64,000 nucleotides of DNA from Chthoniobacteraceae bacterium (GTDB lineage: Bacteria > Verrucomicrobiota > Verrucomicrobiia > Chthoniobacterales > Chthoniobacteraceae), in contig JBGAGV010000006.1 of assembly GCA_044226525.1 (NCBI GenBank), positions 157,232 to 221,231 on the forward strand, written 5' to 3'. A program made the position numbers and the translations under genes. Below, in pieces: positions 51,738 to 61,791 of the stretch. Every line of letters begins with the position of its first letter. The first letter of the stretch is position 1. Below the pieces are notes generated by a model that worked only from the letters and a program-made list of their open reading frames with translations, searched no databases and was not told the DNA's origin.

Positions 51738-54006
51738 ACGCAAGCTGTGCCTGCACTGCGGCACCCCGTTTCGCCCCAATGCGCAATGCAAGGACTATTG
51801 CTGCACAGGGTGCCAGTTCGTCCACGACTTGATCGTTAAGAACGGCCTCGGGCAATTTTACGATCTCCAGGACGGCGCGCTGCCGCCTGCGCCAGCCACT
51901 GTCTTCCAGCCGCGCGAATACGCCTGGCTCGAAGGTCTCGCGCAAGCGGCGGCCGGGAAGCCGTTGGAACTTGATCTGCAAGGCCTCTCCTGCGTCGGCT
52001 GCGTCTGGCTCATCGAGCGCCTTTTCCTTCGCCGGGCCGGAGCACTCGCTATCCGCATCGATACTACGCTGGGCCGAATGACCCTGCACACGACCCCCGA
52101 GTTCGACTACGTTGGTTTCGCGCAGGAGTTGCAGAGCTTTGGTTATCTCGTCGGGCCGCCGGGCCAGACGGCGAAACCCGCCTCACGCACGCTGCTCCTC
52201 CGCCTCGGCGTCTGCGCGGCACTGGCGTTGAATGCGATGCTCTTCACCGTGCCGACGTATTTTGGCATGAAGCCGAGCGCGGAATTCGCGGGGCTGTTCG
52301 CCCACATCGCGTTCGCTTGCGGGACGCTGAGCTTTTTGATCGGTGGTAGTTATTTCATCGTGCGGGCGGCGCAAAGTCTCCGACGCGGGGTCGTGCACAT
52401 CGATCTGCCCATCGGGCTTGGCCTGATCGCGGCATGGAGTGGGTCGGTCATCGCGTGGCGGGCGAACCAGCCCGGCTTCGTCTATTTCGATTTCGTCTCG
52501 ATGTTCACGTTTCTGATGCTGGCGGGACGTTGGTTGCAGCAGCGGGCGGTGGAAGCGAATCGGAGTCGGCTGCTGGCCGCGGAGCCGGACATCGTGCGGC
52601 CGGACACCGGCGAGCGTTATCACGTGGCCCGCGGCGGCACGGTGCCCGTGCGTTCGCTGCTCCTTTCCGCGAATGCGAGCGTGAGCCTCGAGTGGATCAA
52701 TGGTGAAAGCGAAACCCGGTCGGCGCACGCCGGGCAGTCGCTCGCGGCGGGATCGATCAATCTCGGAAACGAGCCGATCGAGTGTGAGGCCCTCGAGTCG
52801 TGGAGCGAATCGCTGCTGGCGCGTCTCGTCGAGAGCGGCCGGCGCGAACCTGCGCGCGACACGGCCCTCGAACGTTTTCTCCGCGTTTACCTGCTGGTCG
52901 TGCTGGCTCTCGGGGTCGGGGCCTTTGCGGGATGGTTCTTCGCCGCCGGCGATCTCTTGAGGGCGCTCCAGGTGCTCACTTCCATCCTCGTCGTTTCCTG
53001 TCCGTGTGCGGCGGGGGTTGCGCTCCCGCTGGCGGATGAACTGGCCGCGGCCGCCGCCCATCGCTTGGGAGTATTCGTGCGCGAGCAATCGCTGTGGGGC
53101 CGGTTGCTGCGGATCAAACAAATCGTTTTCGACAAGACCGGCACGCTCACACTGCAAGGCACTCGCCTCGCCGACCCCTCCGCGCTTCTCGCGCTCGATA
53201 CTCACCAACTGGCGGTCCTGCTCACGATGGTCCGCGAAAATCTCCATCCCGTCGCTTCGGCGCTGCGGGAAGGGCTGATGTCCGTCGGCGTCATCCCCGA
53301 AGTGGTGCACATTCCGCCGCGCGAACAGATCGGTCTCGGCATCGAACTCGACCACGACGGGCATCAGTGGAAGCTGGGTCGTCCCTCCTGGATTGGCGGA
53401 GAAGATAGCTGGGCGGAATGCATCTTTGCCTGCGATGGCCGGGTGCTGGCGGCGTTCACGTTCTGCGAGAGCCTGCGCACCGACGCCCGCGTGGCACTGG
53501 GTTCATTTACCCGGCAGGGCATCGAGGTGGCGATCCTGAGCGGCGACGCTCAACAGAAAGTCGATCGAATGGCCGAGTCGCTGAATCTCACGCATGCGCA
53601 CGCGCTTGGTGGCCTTTCCCCCGACGACAAGGCGGACTGGCTGCGACATCACGACGGCGAGCATACGCTGATGATCGGCGATGGTGCGAACGACAGCCTC
53701 GCCTTCAACGAAGCGCTCTGCACCGGCACGCCGGTGATCGATCGTGGATTGCTCGAGCACAAAGCCGATTTCTATTTCCTCGGCCGCAGCCTCTCTGGTT
53801 TGCGCACACTCTTCGACCTCGCCCGCTCCCGTGCTCGCGCTTCGCACCGCGTCATCGCTTTCGCGATCACCTACAATGTGGTGACCGTCGCCTTTTCCGC
53901 CGCGGGCCGGATGAGTCCGCTGGCTGCCGCGGTGCTGATGCCGCTGAGTTCACTGGTCACGATCGGGCTGGTGCTGGCGACCCTGCGACGCGCGAAAAGT
54001 GCATAA
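51721..54006 (+). CDS. ccoI: Copper-translocating P1B-type ATPase (CcoI/FixI)
   Basis: N-terminal Cys cluster (CLHCGTPF…CCTGCQF), a CPC motif (SCPCAAGVA), DKTGTLT, GDGANDS and a TM topology typical of P1B ATPases. It is the last gene of the cco cluster and overlaps the previous gene. Confidence 0.85.
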   Translation: MDTVIERKLCLHCGTPFRPNAQCKDYCCTGCQFVHDLIVKNGLGQFYDLQDGALPPAPATVFQPREYAWLEGLAQAAAGKPLELDLQGLSCVGCVWLIERLFLRRAGALAIRIDTTLGRMTLHTTPEFDYVGFAQELQSFGYLVGPPGQTAKPASRTLLLRLGVCAALALNAMLFTVPTYFGMKPSAEFAGLFAHIAFACGTLSFLIGGSYFIVRAAQSLRRGVVHIDLPIGLGLIAAWSGSVIAWRANQPGFVYFDFVSMFTFLMLAGRWLQQRAVEANRSRLLAAEPDIVRPDTGERYHVARGGTVPVRSLLLSANASVSLEWINGESETRSAHAGQSLAAGSINLGNEPIECEALESWSESLLARLVESGRREPARDTALERFLRVYLLVVLALGVGAFAGWFFAAGDLLRALQVLTSILVVSCPCAAGVALPLADELAAAAAHRLGVFVREQSLWGRLLRIKQIVFDKTGTLTLQGTRLADPSALLALDTHQLAVLLTMVRENLHPVASALREGLMSVGVIPEVVHIPPREQIGLGIELDHDGHQWKLGRPSWIGGEDSWAECIFACDGRVLAAFTFCESLRTDARVALGSFTRQGIEVAILSGDAQQKVDRMAESLNLTHAHALGGLSPDDKADWLRHHDGEHTLMIGDGANDSLAFNEALCTGTPVIDRGLLEHKADFYFLGRSLSGLRTLFDLARSRARASHRVIAFAITYNVVTVAFSAAGRMSPLAAAVLMPLSSLVTIGLVLATLRRAKSA

Positions 54007-54061
54007 GCGCGAGCGGTAGCGTGCCTTGCTTCAGGCGGAGGGCGGGCCTACTCGTTGCCGT

Positions 54062-56329
54062 ATGAGTCCCCATCAAGTTTCCCACCGCCGCTCGCTGTCC
54101 GCATGGATGCCATTTGGCGTCGGGCAGATGAAGCCGCAGCACTTTCGCGACATGGGGAAGATCATCTGGGAGAATCGAGATAATCTTGGCTACGCGTGGC
54201 AGGTGCTGAGCAAGGGCGTATGCGACGGGTGTGCGCTGGGCGTGGCGGGCTTGCACGACTGGACCGTGAAAGGCCCGCACCTGTGCATGACGCGGCTGAA
54301 TCTGCTCCGGCTCAACACCATGCCGGCGCTTGATCATCGCCTCATGGCCGATGCCGCGGGCCTCGCGATGCTGGACAATCAACAATTGCGCAAACTCGGC
54401 CGGCTTGCCTATCCGATGCTGCGAAAGGCCGGCGAAACGGGGTTTCGGCGCATCTCGTGGGATGACGCGCTCGATCATCTGGCGGGACGAATTCGCACGA
54501 GCGATCCGAAGCGCGTCGCGTTCTTCGTTACGTCGCGTGGCGTGACGAACGAAGTCTATTACATGGCGCAGAAAGCGGCCCGGTTCATCGGCACCAATCA
54601 CGTCGATAACGCCGCGCGCCTCTGCCACTCGCCCAGCGGCGCGGCGATGAAGGCCACGCTCGGCGTCGGGGCGACGACCTGCAGTTACAAGGACTGGTAT
54701 CGCGCCGATCTGGTGGTGTTTTTTGGCTCAAATCCCGCCAACGATCAGCCCGTTTCCACGAAGTATCTGCACGAGGCGAAGAAAGAGGGGATGAAAGTCG
54801 TGCTGGTGAACCCCCTCCTCGAGCCCGGCATGAAACGCTACTGGGTGCCGAGCAATCTCGACTCGGCGCTCTTCGGCACGGACATCGCGGATTACTGGTT
54901 CCCCGTCACGCAGGGCGGTGACATCGCCTTCATCTACGGCACGCTGAAGGTGCTTTTCGCCGAGGGCTGGATCGAGCAGCGTTTCCTCGAGGAAAAGTGC
55001 GAGGGCTGGCAGCAACTCAGGGCGCGCACCGAAGCACTTTCGTGGGAAGAGTTGGAAAAGGTGAGTGGGCTGCCGCAGTCGGCCATGCGCGAGTTTGCCG
55101 GGATGCTGCACGAGGCAAAAAAAGCAGTGCTCGTGTGGAGCATGGGCATCACGCAACACCCGTGGGGCGCCGATGGTGTGCAGATGATTTTGAATCTTGC
55201 CCTCACGCAAAATTGGGTGGGCCGGGACGGCTGTGGGGTGATGCCGATTCGCGGGCACTCATCGGTGCAGGGCGGCGCGGAAATGGGCGCTTACTCGACC
55301 GCGCTGCCCGGGGGTAAACCGATCACTCCCGAGAACTGCGCAAAGCTCTCCGGGGAATACGGCTTTCCGATTCCCGAATGGTCCGGGCTTACGGCGGTGG
55401 AAATGGTCGAAGCCTGCGCACGCGGTGAACTCGACGTGTTTTTCTGCCTCGGCGGAAATTTCCTCCGCACGCTGCCGGAGCCGGGCTACGTGGCCGATGC
55501 GATGTCTCACGTGCCTCTGCGTGTGCATCAGGACATCATCCTCACCGATCAGATGTTTATCGAACCTGCTGCCGGCGGTGAGGTGCTGCTGCTTCCGGCG
55601 AAGACACGTTACGAGCAGGATGACGGCGGCGTCGAGACGAGCACCGAGCGCCGTGTGATGTTCTCACCCGAGCTTCCACGCCAGGTTGGCGAAGCGCGTG
55701 CCGAGTGGAAAATCCTGCGCGACCTCGCCGCCCGGGTGCATCCCGAAAAAGCGCACCTGCTCGGCTGCGAAACCGGCTGGGCCATGCGCGAGGAAATCGC
55801 CCGGGTGGTGCCGTTCTACGACGGCATCCAGCACCTGCGCAAAACCGGCGATGCTTTCCAATATGGCGGCCCGCACCTCTGCGCCGGCGGCAATTTTCCC
55901 ACGCCCGACGGCAAGGCGCACCTCGCCGCCGTGGACGTGCCGAACGCGCATCGCCCCGGTTTTTTCCACGCGAGCACCCGCCGTGGGAAACAGTTCAACT
56001 CCCTCATCTACGCCGAGGTCGATCCGCTTACCGGTGCCGAGCGCGACGCTATTTTCATGAGCGGCGAAGACGCCGGGCGCCTCCATCTCAAGCAAGGCGA
56101 TTCGATCGCTCTCGTGAACGAACTCGGCCGCTACGAAGGTCGCGTCTTCCTCGCCGACCTCGCCCCGGGAAACCTGCAGGTCATGTGGCCCGAGGGAAAC
56201 GTCATCATCCACCGTGGCGTCGTGGACAAAGGCGGCGGCGTCCCCGACTACAACGCGCTGGTGCGTATCGAGAAGCTGGCAGAAGCGGAAAAAATGCCGT
56301 ATGCTCTCGTTCATGCCGACGCTTCTTGA
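54062..56329 (+). CDS. Molybdopterin oxidoreductase, FdhF/YdeP-family (formate-dehydrogenase-alpha-like)
   Basis: N-terminal Cys cluster (…GVCDGCALG…HLCMTRLN…). The body is MopB-like and there is a C-terminal molybdopterin-binding beta-barrel. At ~755 aa it is typical of YdeP. Confidence 0.8.
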   Translation: MSPHQVSHRRSLSAWMPFGVGQMKPQHFRDMGKIIWENRDNLGYAWQVLSKGVCDGCALGVAGLHDWTVKGPHLCMTRLNLLRLNTMPALDHRLMADAAGLAMLDNQQLRKLGRLAYPMLRKAGETGFRRISWDDALDHLAGRIRTSDPKRVAFFVTSRGVTNEVYYMAQKAARFIGTNHVDNAARLCHSPSGAAMKATLGVGATTCSYKDWYRADLVVFFGSNPANDQPVSTKYLHEAKKEGMKVVLVNPLLEPGMKRYWVPSNLDSALFGTDIADYWFPVTQGGDIAFIYGTLKVLFAEGWIEQRFLEEKCEGWQQLRARTEALSWEELEKVSGLPQSAMREFAGMLHEAKKAVLVWSMGITQHPWGADGVQMILNLALTQNWVGRDGCGVMPIRGHSSVQGGAEMGAYSTALPGGKPITPENCAKLSGEYGFPIPEWSGLTAVEMVEACARGELDVFFCLGGNFLRTLPEPGYVADAMSHVPLRVHQDIILTDQMFIEPAAGGEVLLLPAKTRYEQDDGGVETSTERRVMFSPELPRQVGEARAEWKILRDLAARVHPEKAHLLGCETGWAMREEIARVVPFYDGIQHLRKTGDAFQYGGPHLCAGGNFPTPDGKAHLAAVDVPNAHRPGFFHASTRRGKQFNSLIYAEVDPLTGAERDAIFMSGEDAGRLHLKQGDSIALVNELGRYEGRVFLADLAPGNLQVMWPEGNVIIHRGVVDKGGGVPDYNALVRIEKLAEAEKMPYALVHADAS

Positions 56330-56410
56330 GAGTTCGCCCGCCGCCCCCGCGCGGCGCCGCCGTCGCCCCATCCCCTTGGAGAATGGGATACGCTGACCAG
56401 CGTTGAGTTT

Positions 56411-56980
56411 TTGCGCCGGTTCGAGGCTCACCCCGAGATCAAGAAGATCGAGCTCATCGAAGGGAAGGTCCATAGGTTTCCCCCACTCAGCGCGGTCTCC
56501 CACGGCAAACCCGACGGCCTGCTTCACATCTGGCTCGGCTATTATTCGATTCAGGTGCCGGGTCTTGAATTTTTTCCGAACACGACCATCCTTCTCGATG
56601 GTGATAATACCCCGCAGCCTGACTGTATTCTCTGCACCACGCCACGACGCGGGCACCATGTTTGGTTCGACGAAAAAGGATATCTTTGCGGTCGTCCCGA
56701 GCTGATTTGCGAAGTGGCGGCCAGCAGTGCGTCGATCGATTTGCACGACAAGATGAACGTTTTTCGCCGGCATCGCATCCCCGAATACCTTGTGTGGATC
56801 GTGGGTGAAGAACGGGTCTGTTGGTTCGAACTGAAGGATGAGCGGTATGTCGAAAAAACGCCACGAAGCGGCGTCCTCGTGAGTGACGTTTTTCCGAAGC
56901 TCGCGCTCGATGTGAAAGCCCTGCTCAAGCACGACGGTGCCAAGATTCTCGCGATGCTCCAGAAGCATCTGGCCAGGTAA
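56411..56980 (+). CDS. Uma2-family (DUF820, PD-(D/E)xK-like) putative endonuclease
   Basis: TTG start (or CTG 18 nt upstream). …IELIEGKVH…PDCILCTT…PELICEVAASSASIDLHDKMNVFRRHRIPEYLVW… matches the conserved Uma2 pattern (E…D…E-x-K-like). Confidence 0.7.
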   Translation: MRRFEAHPEIKKIELIEGKVHRFPPLSAVSHGKPDGLLHIWLGYYSIQVPGLEFFPNTTILLDGDNTPQPDCILCTTPRRGHHVWFDEKGYLCGRPELICEVAASSASIDLHDKMNVFRRHRIPEYLVWIVGEERVCWFELKDERYVEKTPRSGVLVSDVFPKLALDVKALLKHDGAKILAMLQKHLAR

Positions 56981-56989
56981 CGTCGCCCG

Positions 56990-59323
56990 CTACTCCACGA
57001 CCGGATCCAGCGCGTCGCGCAGCTTTTTGCGGAGGGTGCTGGGTCGGAAGGGCTTTTGGATGAAGCCGGCGAGACCCTTGCCGGTGAAGCGGTTGATGGC
57101 GTCCTGCTCGTTGAAGCCGCTCATCAGGATCACGCGGGCGTCGGGGGCGATGGCGCGCAGTTCGCGGAAGGCGGTTTCGCCGTCCATCTGCGGCATGGTG
57201 AGATCCATCAGCACGGCCACAATTTCTGTCTGGTGCGTCCTGAACTTTTCCACGCCTTCGCGGCCATCCACGGCGGTCACGGCCGAAAAGCCCATCTTTT
57301 CCACCATACGTGAAGCGACGGTTCGCACGGTTTGCTCGTCATCGACGATCAGAATGGCGCCGGCGCCGGACCATTCGGTTTCCGGGATGCCATCCTTGGT
57401 GATCGGATCGGCTTCACCGCTGGCCACGGGGAAGATGACTTTGAACGTCGTGCCTTTGTCGGGCTCGCTATAGACCCGCATGGCGCCGTGATGTCCGCGG
57501 ACGATGCCGAGGACCGCGCTCAGACCGAGGCCGCGTCCCGCAAATTTGGTGGTGAAGAAGGGTTCGAAGATCCGCGCTTGTTGCTCCGGCGTCATGCCGC
57601 AGCCGTCGTCGCAGACTTCGAGGTAGGCATAGTCTCCCGCAGGCAGATCGGGGGAGAGCACCGTCTTCTCAAGATAGGTGCGATCGGCGTGGACGATACC
57701 CGTATTGATCGTAATGACCCCGCTCTTTCCGCCGAGCGCTTCGCTGGCGTTGATCACGAGGTTCATGATGATCTGCCGAATCTGCGTGGCGTCTGCTTCC
57801 ACCGGCGGCAGCGGCTCGGTGAGGTTGAAGCGCAGCACGGCCGTTTTATCGATCGAGAGACGGATGAGATCCGTTGTTTCGCGCACCAGCGCGCTGAGAT
57901 CGAGTCGCCGCACCTGGAACCGGCCCTTGCCGGAGTAGGCGAGCATCTGTTTGCAAAGATCGGCCGCGCGCTGGGCCACGGCTTCGATCTGCTCGAGGTG
58001 CGGATGGGCCGGGCTGAGCTGGCTCAGTTCACTTCGGGCCAGGCTGGCGTTGCCGAGGATGCCGGTGAGCAGGTTGTTGAAATCGTGCGCGATGCCGCCG
58101 GCGAGCACGCCGAGGCTTTCGAGTTTCTGCGTCTCCTGGAGCTTATGCTCCAGTTCATTGCGCTCCTTTTCCAGTCGGTGCTGCACCGTGATGTCCTCCG
58201 CGATGCCGACGACGCGACGGCGGCCCCCTGGGTCCGGATTGAAGATCGTGCCGCGATTGCGCACCCAGCTTTCGGTGCCGTCGGGACGCAAGACGCGGAA
58301 GGTCACGTCGTAGGTATCCGCGCGGCCTTCGATCCAGTCCAGATATGCGGCTTTGGCGCGCACGCGATCCTCGGGATGGATGCGTTCGCTCCACAGTTCG
58401 GGGTGCGCGTAGAATTCCTCACGCTTGCAGCCCCACAGCCGCTCGAAAGCAGGAGCGACATAGAGCGGGCGATAAGGGTCGAGTTCGTCGAGCCAGAACA
58501 CGTGCGGAATGCCTTCCACCAGAAAGCGAAAGCGCGCTTCGCTCTCTCGCAGCTCGCTATTACCCCGTTGCAGGTCGGACGCCATTCGATCAAAGGAACG
58601 CGCGAGATCGGCCAGTTCATCCGCGCCGGTGAGGCCGGTGCGTGCGGAGAGATCGCCGCCCGCCAGCCGGCTGGCGGCGCGGGCAAAGCGCCGCACCCGC
58701 GACATGAGCAGCGGCTGGAAGATGAGCGAAAAGACGATCGTGAGCCCGAAGAGCACGATGCCGCCGACCCAGAGCCGCCGCGCATTGCTCGCAGCCGAGA
58801 GCGTCTTCACCGGCAGCAGATTGAAATCGAGGAAGACGATGCCGTATTCCGAGTCGCGCAGGGAGCCTCCCAGGCGCCGCGTGATAGGGAAGGGGAACAC
58901 GGCGTGCAGGCTGTTGTGATCGGGCGAAAGCTCGATGATGCCGGAGCGTTGCAGCCGCACCCGCTCGAAGAGATCGCCCAACGGCGCGATCGGCGTCTCT
59001 TTCAGCGGGCGGTTCAGGAATTCGTAACGCGTCCCGAAGATCACTCGATTGTCCGAATCCGCCACCAGCGCGGTGCGCAGGTCGCGGTCCGCGGCGGCCA
59101 GCGCGATGGAGCGCTGCGCACCTGCGAGGTTATTGCTCTCGATGAAGTAGGCGGACATGCCCGAGAGTTTCGTTCCGAGGAATTGAGCGCGTTCGCGGAA
59201 GCGATCTTCGATATAGCGCTGCTCGATGCCGCGCCCGTAGCGAACGGTGATGAAGGCTGCCGTGCTCGCAAACAGCATCAGCATCGCGGGAATCAGGTAA
59301 CGAAGGGGAGGAGGCCAGCTCAT
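56990..59323 (-). CDS. Hybrid sensor histidine kinase / response regulator (periplasmic sensor-HAMP-PAS-HisKA-HATPase_c-REC)
   Basis: N-terminal TM regions, then PAS (…FRVLRPDGTESWVRNRG…), an H-box (LAGGIAHDFNNLL), N/G boxes (…NLVINASEA…DDGCGM…GRGLGLSAV) and a C-terminal REC (ILIVDDEQ…DLTMPQMDG…). Confidence 0.85.
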   Translation of the reverse strand: MSWPPPLRYLIPAMLMLFASTAAFITVRYGRGIEQRYIEDRFRERAQFLGTKLSGMSAYFIESNNLAGAQRSIALAAADRDLRTALVADSDNRVIFGTRYEFLNRPLKETPIAPLGDLFERVRLQRSGIIELSPDHNSLHAVFPFPITRRLGGSLRDSEYGIVFLDFNLLPVKTLSAASNARRLWVGGIVLFGLTIVFSLIFQPLLMSRVRRFARAASRLAGGDLSARTGLTGADELADLARSFDRMASDLQRGNSELRESEARFRFLVEGIPHVFWLDELDPYRPLYVAPAFERLWGCKREEFYAHPELWSERIHPEDRVRAKAAYLDWIEGRADTYDVTFRVLRPDGTESWVRNRGTIFNPDPGGRRRVVGIAEDITVQHRLEKERNELEHKLQETQKLESLGVLAGGIAHDFNNLLTGILGNASLARSELSQLSPAHPHLEQIEAVAQRAADLCKQMLAYSGKGRFQVRRLDLSALVRETTDLIRLSIDKTAVLRFNLTEPLPPVEADATQIRQIIMNLVINASEALGGKSGVITINTGIVHADRTYLEKTVLSPDLPAGDYAYLEVCDDGCGMTPEQQARIFEPFFTTKFAGRGLGLSAVLGIVRGHHGAMRVYSEPDKGTTFKVIFPVASGEADPITKDGIPETEWSGAGAILIVDDEQTVRTVASRMVEKMGFSAVTAVDGREGVEKFRTHQTEIVAVLMDLTMPQMDGETAFRELRAIAPDARVILMSGFNEQDAINRFTGKGLAGFIQKPFRPSTLRKKLRDALDPVVE

Positions 59324-60285
59324 TTCGGGGACGCGGGAAGCACTCGATCAGTGCGGAGAATGTCGGCGTCGACCTCGTGCGGGAGCATGCCCGTCCGGGT
59401 CATCAGGTTCATCATTTTCCTCATATGTCCTAGTAGTGGGGTGGCAGGCGTGCCGAGCTGGCGCCGATTTTCCGTGAGTCCGACGAAGGTTACTCGTGAG
59501 AGGACCTCGGTGAATTGCGGGGGAGTCAATCCTTCGCGGGGAGCCATTCGCGCCGCGGCGTCTTCGCCGCTGGTGGCCAGGTAATCCAGCGCGCGGAACC
59601 ACGCGGCGGTGGTTTCGTGCAGCGCCTTCGGAGGCTTGGCGACCAGTGCGTCCGGCACCACCAGCACGTCGGCGATTTCGTCGGGGATTTTGCCGGAGTC
59701 GAAGATCGTTCTGAAGCCGGGTCGGTTGATCCGCATGCGGTGAGGATCGCAGAGCACCCCTGCGTCCACCTGCCCTGCCATGAGCTCGACCCCCATGCGA
59801 TCCACCCGTTCGGAGATGAGGTGAACGTCAGCAAGCCCGAGCCGGGCTGTCTCGAGGGCGCGACTGAGCACGTAGGTGCCGAGCGCGTTGGATTCTACGG
59901 CGACCTTTTTTCCTTTGAGGTCGGACACACTGGCGATGTCCGGCCGCGCGAGGATCGCGTCGGCTCCGGAGGAGTAGGCCATGAGGAGGGCAATGCGCAC
60001 CGGTTGGCCCTCCGCGGCCAGCCGCAGCACATCGTCGGTCGTCAGGGCCGCGCCGTCGATCGCGTGATTGCGATAGGCGAGCAGCGTTTCCGCCGCGGTG
60101 GGAAACTCGACGAGCTGAACTCTTTGCTCATCCAGATAGCCGAGGTTGCGCGCAAGGAAGAGCGGTTCGAAGCCCGGGCGCAGATACGCTCCGATGCGCA
60201 AAGTCGGTTCCGGCTCCTCGACACAAGCGGAGAGCAGGAGAGCCGTCAGGACGACGGCAAGGCAGCGGAGCGCCGGAAACATCAT
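59320..60285 (-). CDS. ABC-transporter substrate-binding protein, NMT1/SsuA/TauA-like (nitrate/sulfonate/bicarbonate family)
   Basis: Lipoprotein-like signal (LLLSAC). The fold is periplasmic-binding-like (…LRIGAYLRPGFEPLFLARNLGYLDEQ…GKKVAVESNALGTYVL…). The stop overlaps the start of the downstream histidine kinase, so the two are co-transcribed. Confidence 0.7.
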   Translation of the reverse strand: MMFPALRCLAVVLTALLLSACVEEPEPTLRIGAYLRPGFEPLFLARNLGYLDEQRVQLVEFPTAAETLLAYRNHAIDGAALTTDDVLRLAAEGQPVRIALLMAYSSGADAILARPDIASVSDLKGKKVAVESNALGTYVLSRALETARLGLADVHLISERVDRMGVELMAGQVDAGVLCDPHRMRINRPGFRTIFDSGKIPDEIADVLVVPDALVAKPPKALHETTAAWFRALDYLATSGEDAAARMAPREGLTPPQFTEVLSRVTFVGLTENRRQLGTPATPLLGHMRKMMNLMTRTGMLPHEVDADILRTDRVLPASPK

Positions 60286-60645
60286 TCGCAGATATTTTTC
60301 GGAGAGGACTTGGTTGGGCCGTTAAGACATGGGCGCTCGGCCTGCCGCAGAAGTAAGCAATTTCATGGCCAAAAAGGTGCGGGGAAATGCTGGGTGCGTA
60401 ACGGATTCGTGAATGAAGCAATGGGCGGACTGCATCGGGTCGCTCCTCGGGAATGGCGGTGGGGAAATCTGCTCCATGGAGTCGCATCGTAAAATGCGGG
60501 ACATTTCGGTCAAGTCGGGTAAACCCGGATGCTCCGCCGGGTTGACGCCCCTCCATCCGTTGTGCTCATTCCGGTTGCCAATGGAGCGGTTTGCGCCCCA
60601 AACTGTTCGCTTTCCTTTTCTGCATCCCGCTCGCTCATTTTTGAT

Positions 60646-61785
60646 TTGAAGCTCCTCGACCGTTACGTCTTCCGCTCGTTCCTCGAGCCATTCATCATCT
60701 GCACCTTCGGTTTTCTGGCCATCTGGTTGATCTTCGACCTGTCCGACAATGGCCCGGATTTCATCGCCGCAAAGGCCCCGCTGAAAATCGTGGGTCTTTT
60801 CTACCTCACGCAGCTTCCGGCGATCATCCTCATCGTGCTGCCGGTCGGTCTCCTGCTGGCCATGCTCTTTTCGCTCAGCCGCATGAGCCGGACGAATGAG
60901 ATCATTTCCCAGCTCACTGCCGGCCGCAGTGTCGTCCGGGTGCTGATGCCGCTATTCTTCGTCGGGCTGGTTTGCACTGGCATTCTCGGCTGGCTGAACT
61001 ACGAACTCGCGCCCCATGCCGACGCCATCAAGAAGATCGCACTGGAGCAAATCTCCAAGGGCCAGAAATCGATGCGCCAGGAAGCCATCGAAGGGCATCT
61101 TTTTCGGGATCGCATGACCGGCCGCACGTGGTATTGCGAAAAATACCGCATGGGGGCGAACACGCTGCAGGGCATCGTCATCGTGCAGCAGGACGACAAG
61201 GCAAACATCGTTTCCAAGTGGTATGCGCGGCGGGCGGATTGGGACCCGCGTTCGGGCGACTGGGGGCTGCTCGGGGGCATGAAAGTGGAGTTCGATACCG
61301 AGGGCAACGAGGTCCGTCGTGAGGATTTCTCGGAAAGCATGCGCCGCATCGCCGGCTGGCCGGAAACTCCCTGGCGCATCTCTTCCTCGAATCTCGAAGC
61401 CCAGAACCTCAGTATTCCCGAGCTGAAGCAATATCTCGTGCAAAATCGAGACTTTCCCGAGTTCAACCTCGCGCCCTACCGCACCTTCCTGCAATACCGC
61501 TACGCGGTGCCGTGGACGTGCTTTGTGGTGGTGCTCATCGCCGCGCCGCTCGGCATCGTCTATAACCGCCGTGGAGTGCTCGCCGGGGTCGCCAGCTCCA
61601 TCTTCATTTTCTTCGGCATGATCTTTTCCACAAACCTCTTCCTCGCCCTCGGCAAAGGCATGCGTGTCTCCGCCGAGGTGGCCGCGTGGACGCCGAATGC
61701 GGTCATCGCCGTCATTGGCTTTTTCCTTCTTTACCTGCGCTCGACCAACCGCGATTTCGCGGGTCTCTTCATCCGGCGCCGCTGA
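60646..61785 (+). CDS. LptF/LptG-family permease (YjgP/YjgQ)
   Basis: TTG start giving LKLLDRYVFRSFLEPFIICTFGFLAIWLIFDL..., the typical LptF/G N-terminus. It has 6 TM helices with a large periplasmic insert. The ORF-track start at 60529 is probably upstream of the true start. Confidence 0.7.
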   Translation: MKLLDRYVFRSFLEPFIICTFGFLAIWLIFDLSDNGPDFIAAKAPLKIVGLFYLTQLPAIILIVLPVGLLLAMLFSLSRMSRTNEIISQLTAGRSVVRVLMPLFFVGLVCTGILGWLNYELAPHADAIKKIALEQISKGQKSMRQEAIEGHLFRDRMTGRTWYCEKYRMGANTLQGIVIVQQDDKANIVSKWYARRADWDPRSGDWGLLGGMKVEFDTEGNEVRREDFSESMRRIAGWPETPWRISSSNLEAQNLSIPELKQYLVQNRDFPEFNLAPYRTFLQYRYAVPWTCFVVVLIAAPLGIVYNRRGVLAGVASSIFIFFGMIFSTNLFLALGKGMRVSAEVAAWTPNAVIAVIGFFLLYLRSTNRDFAGLFIRRR

Positions 61786-61791
61786 TTTTCT

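Noticed and set aside
52183-53364. 393-aa minus-strand ORF
   Set aside because: It is antisense to the ccoI P-type ATPase gene.
57332-59584. 750-aa plus-strand ORF
   Set aside because: It is antisense to the hybrid histidine kinase and SBP genes.
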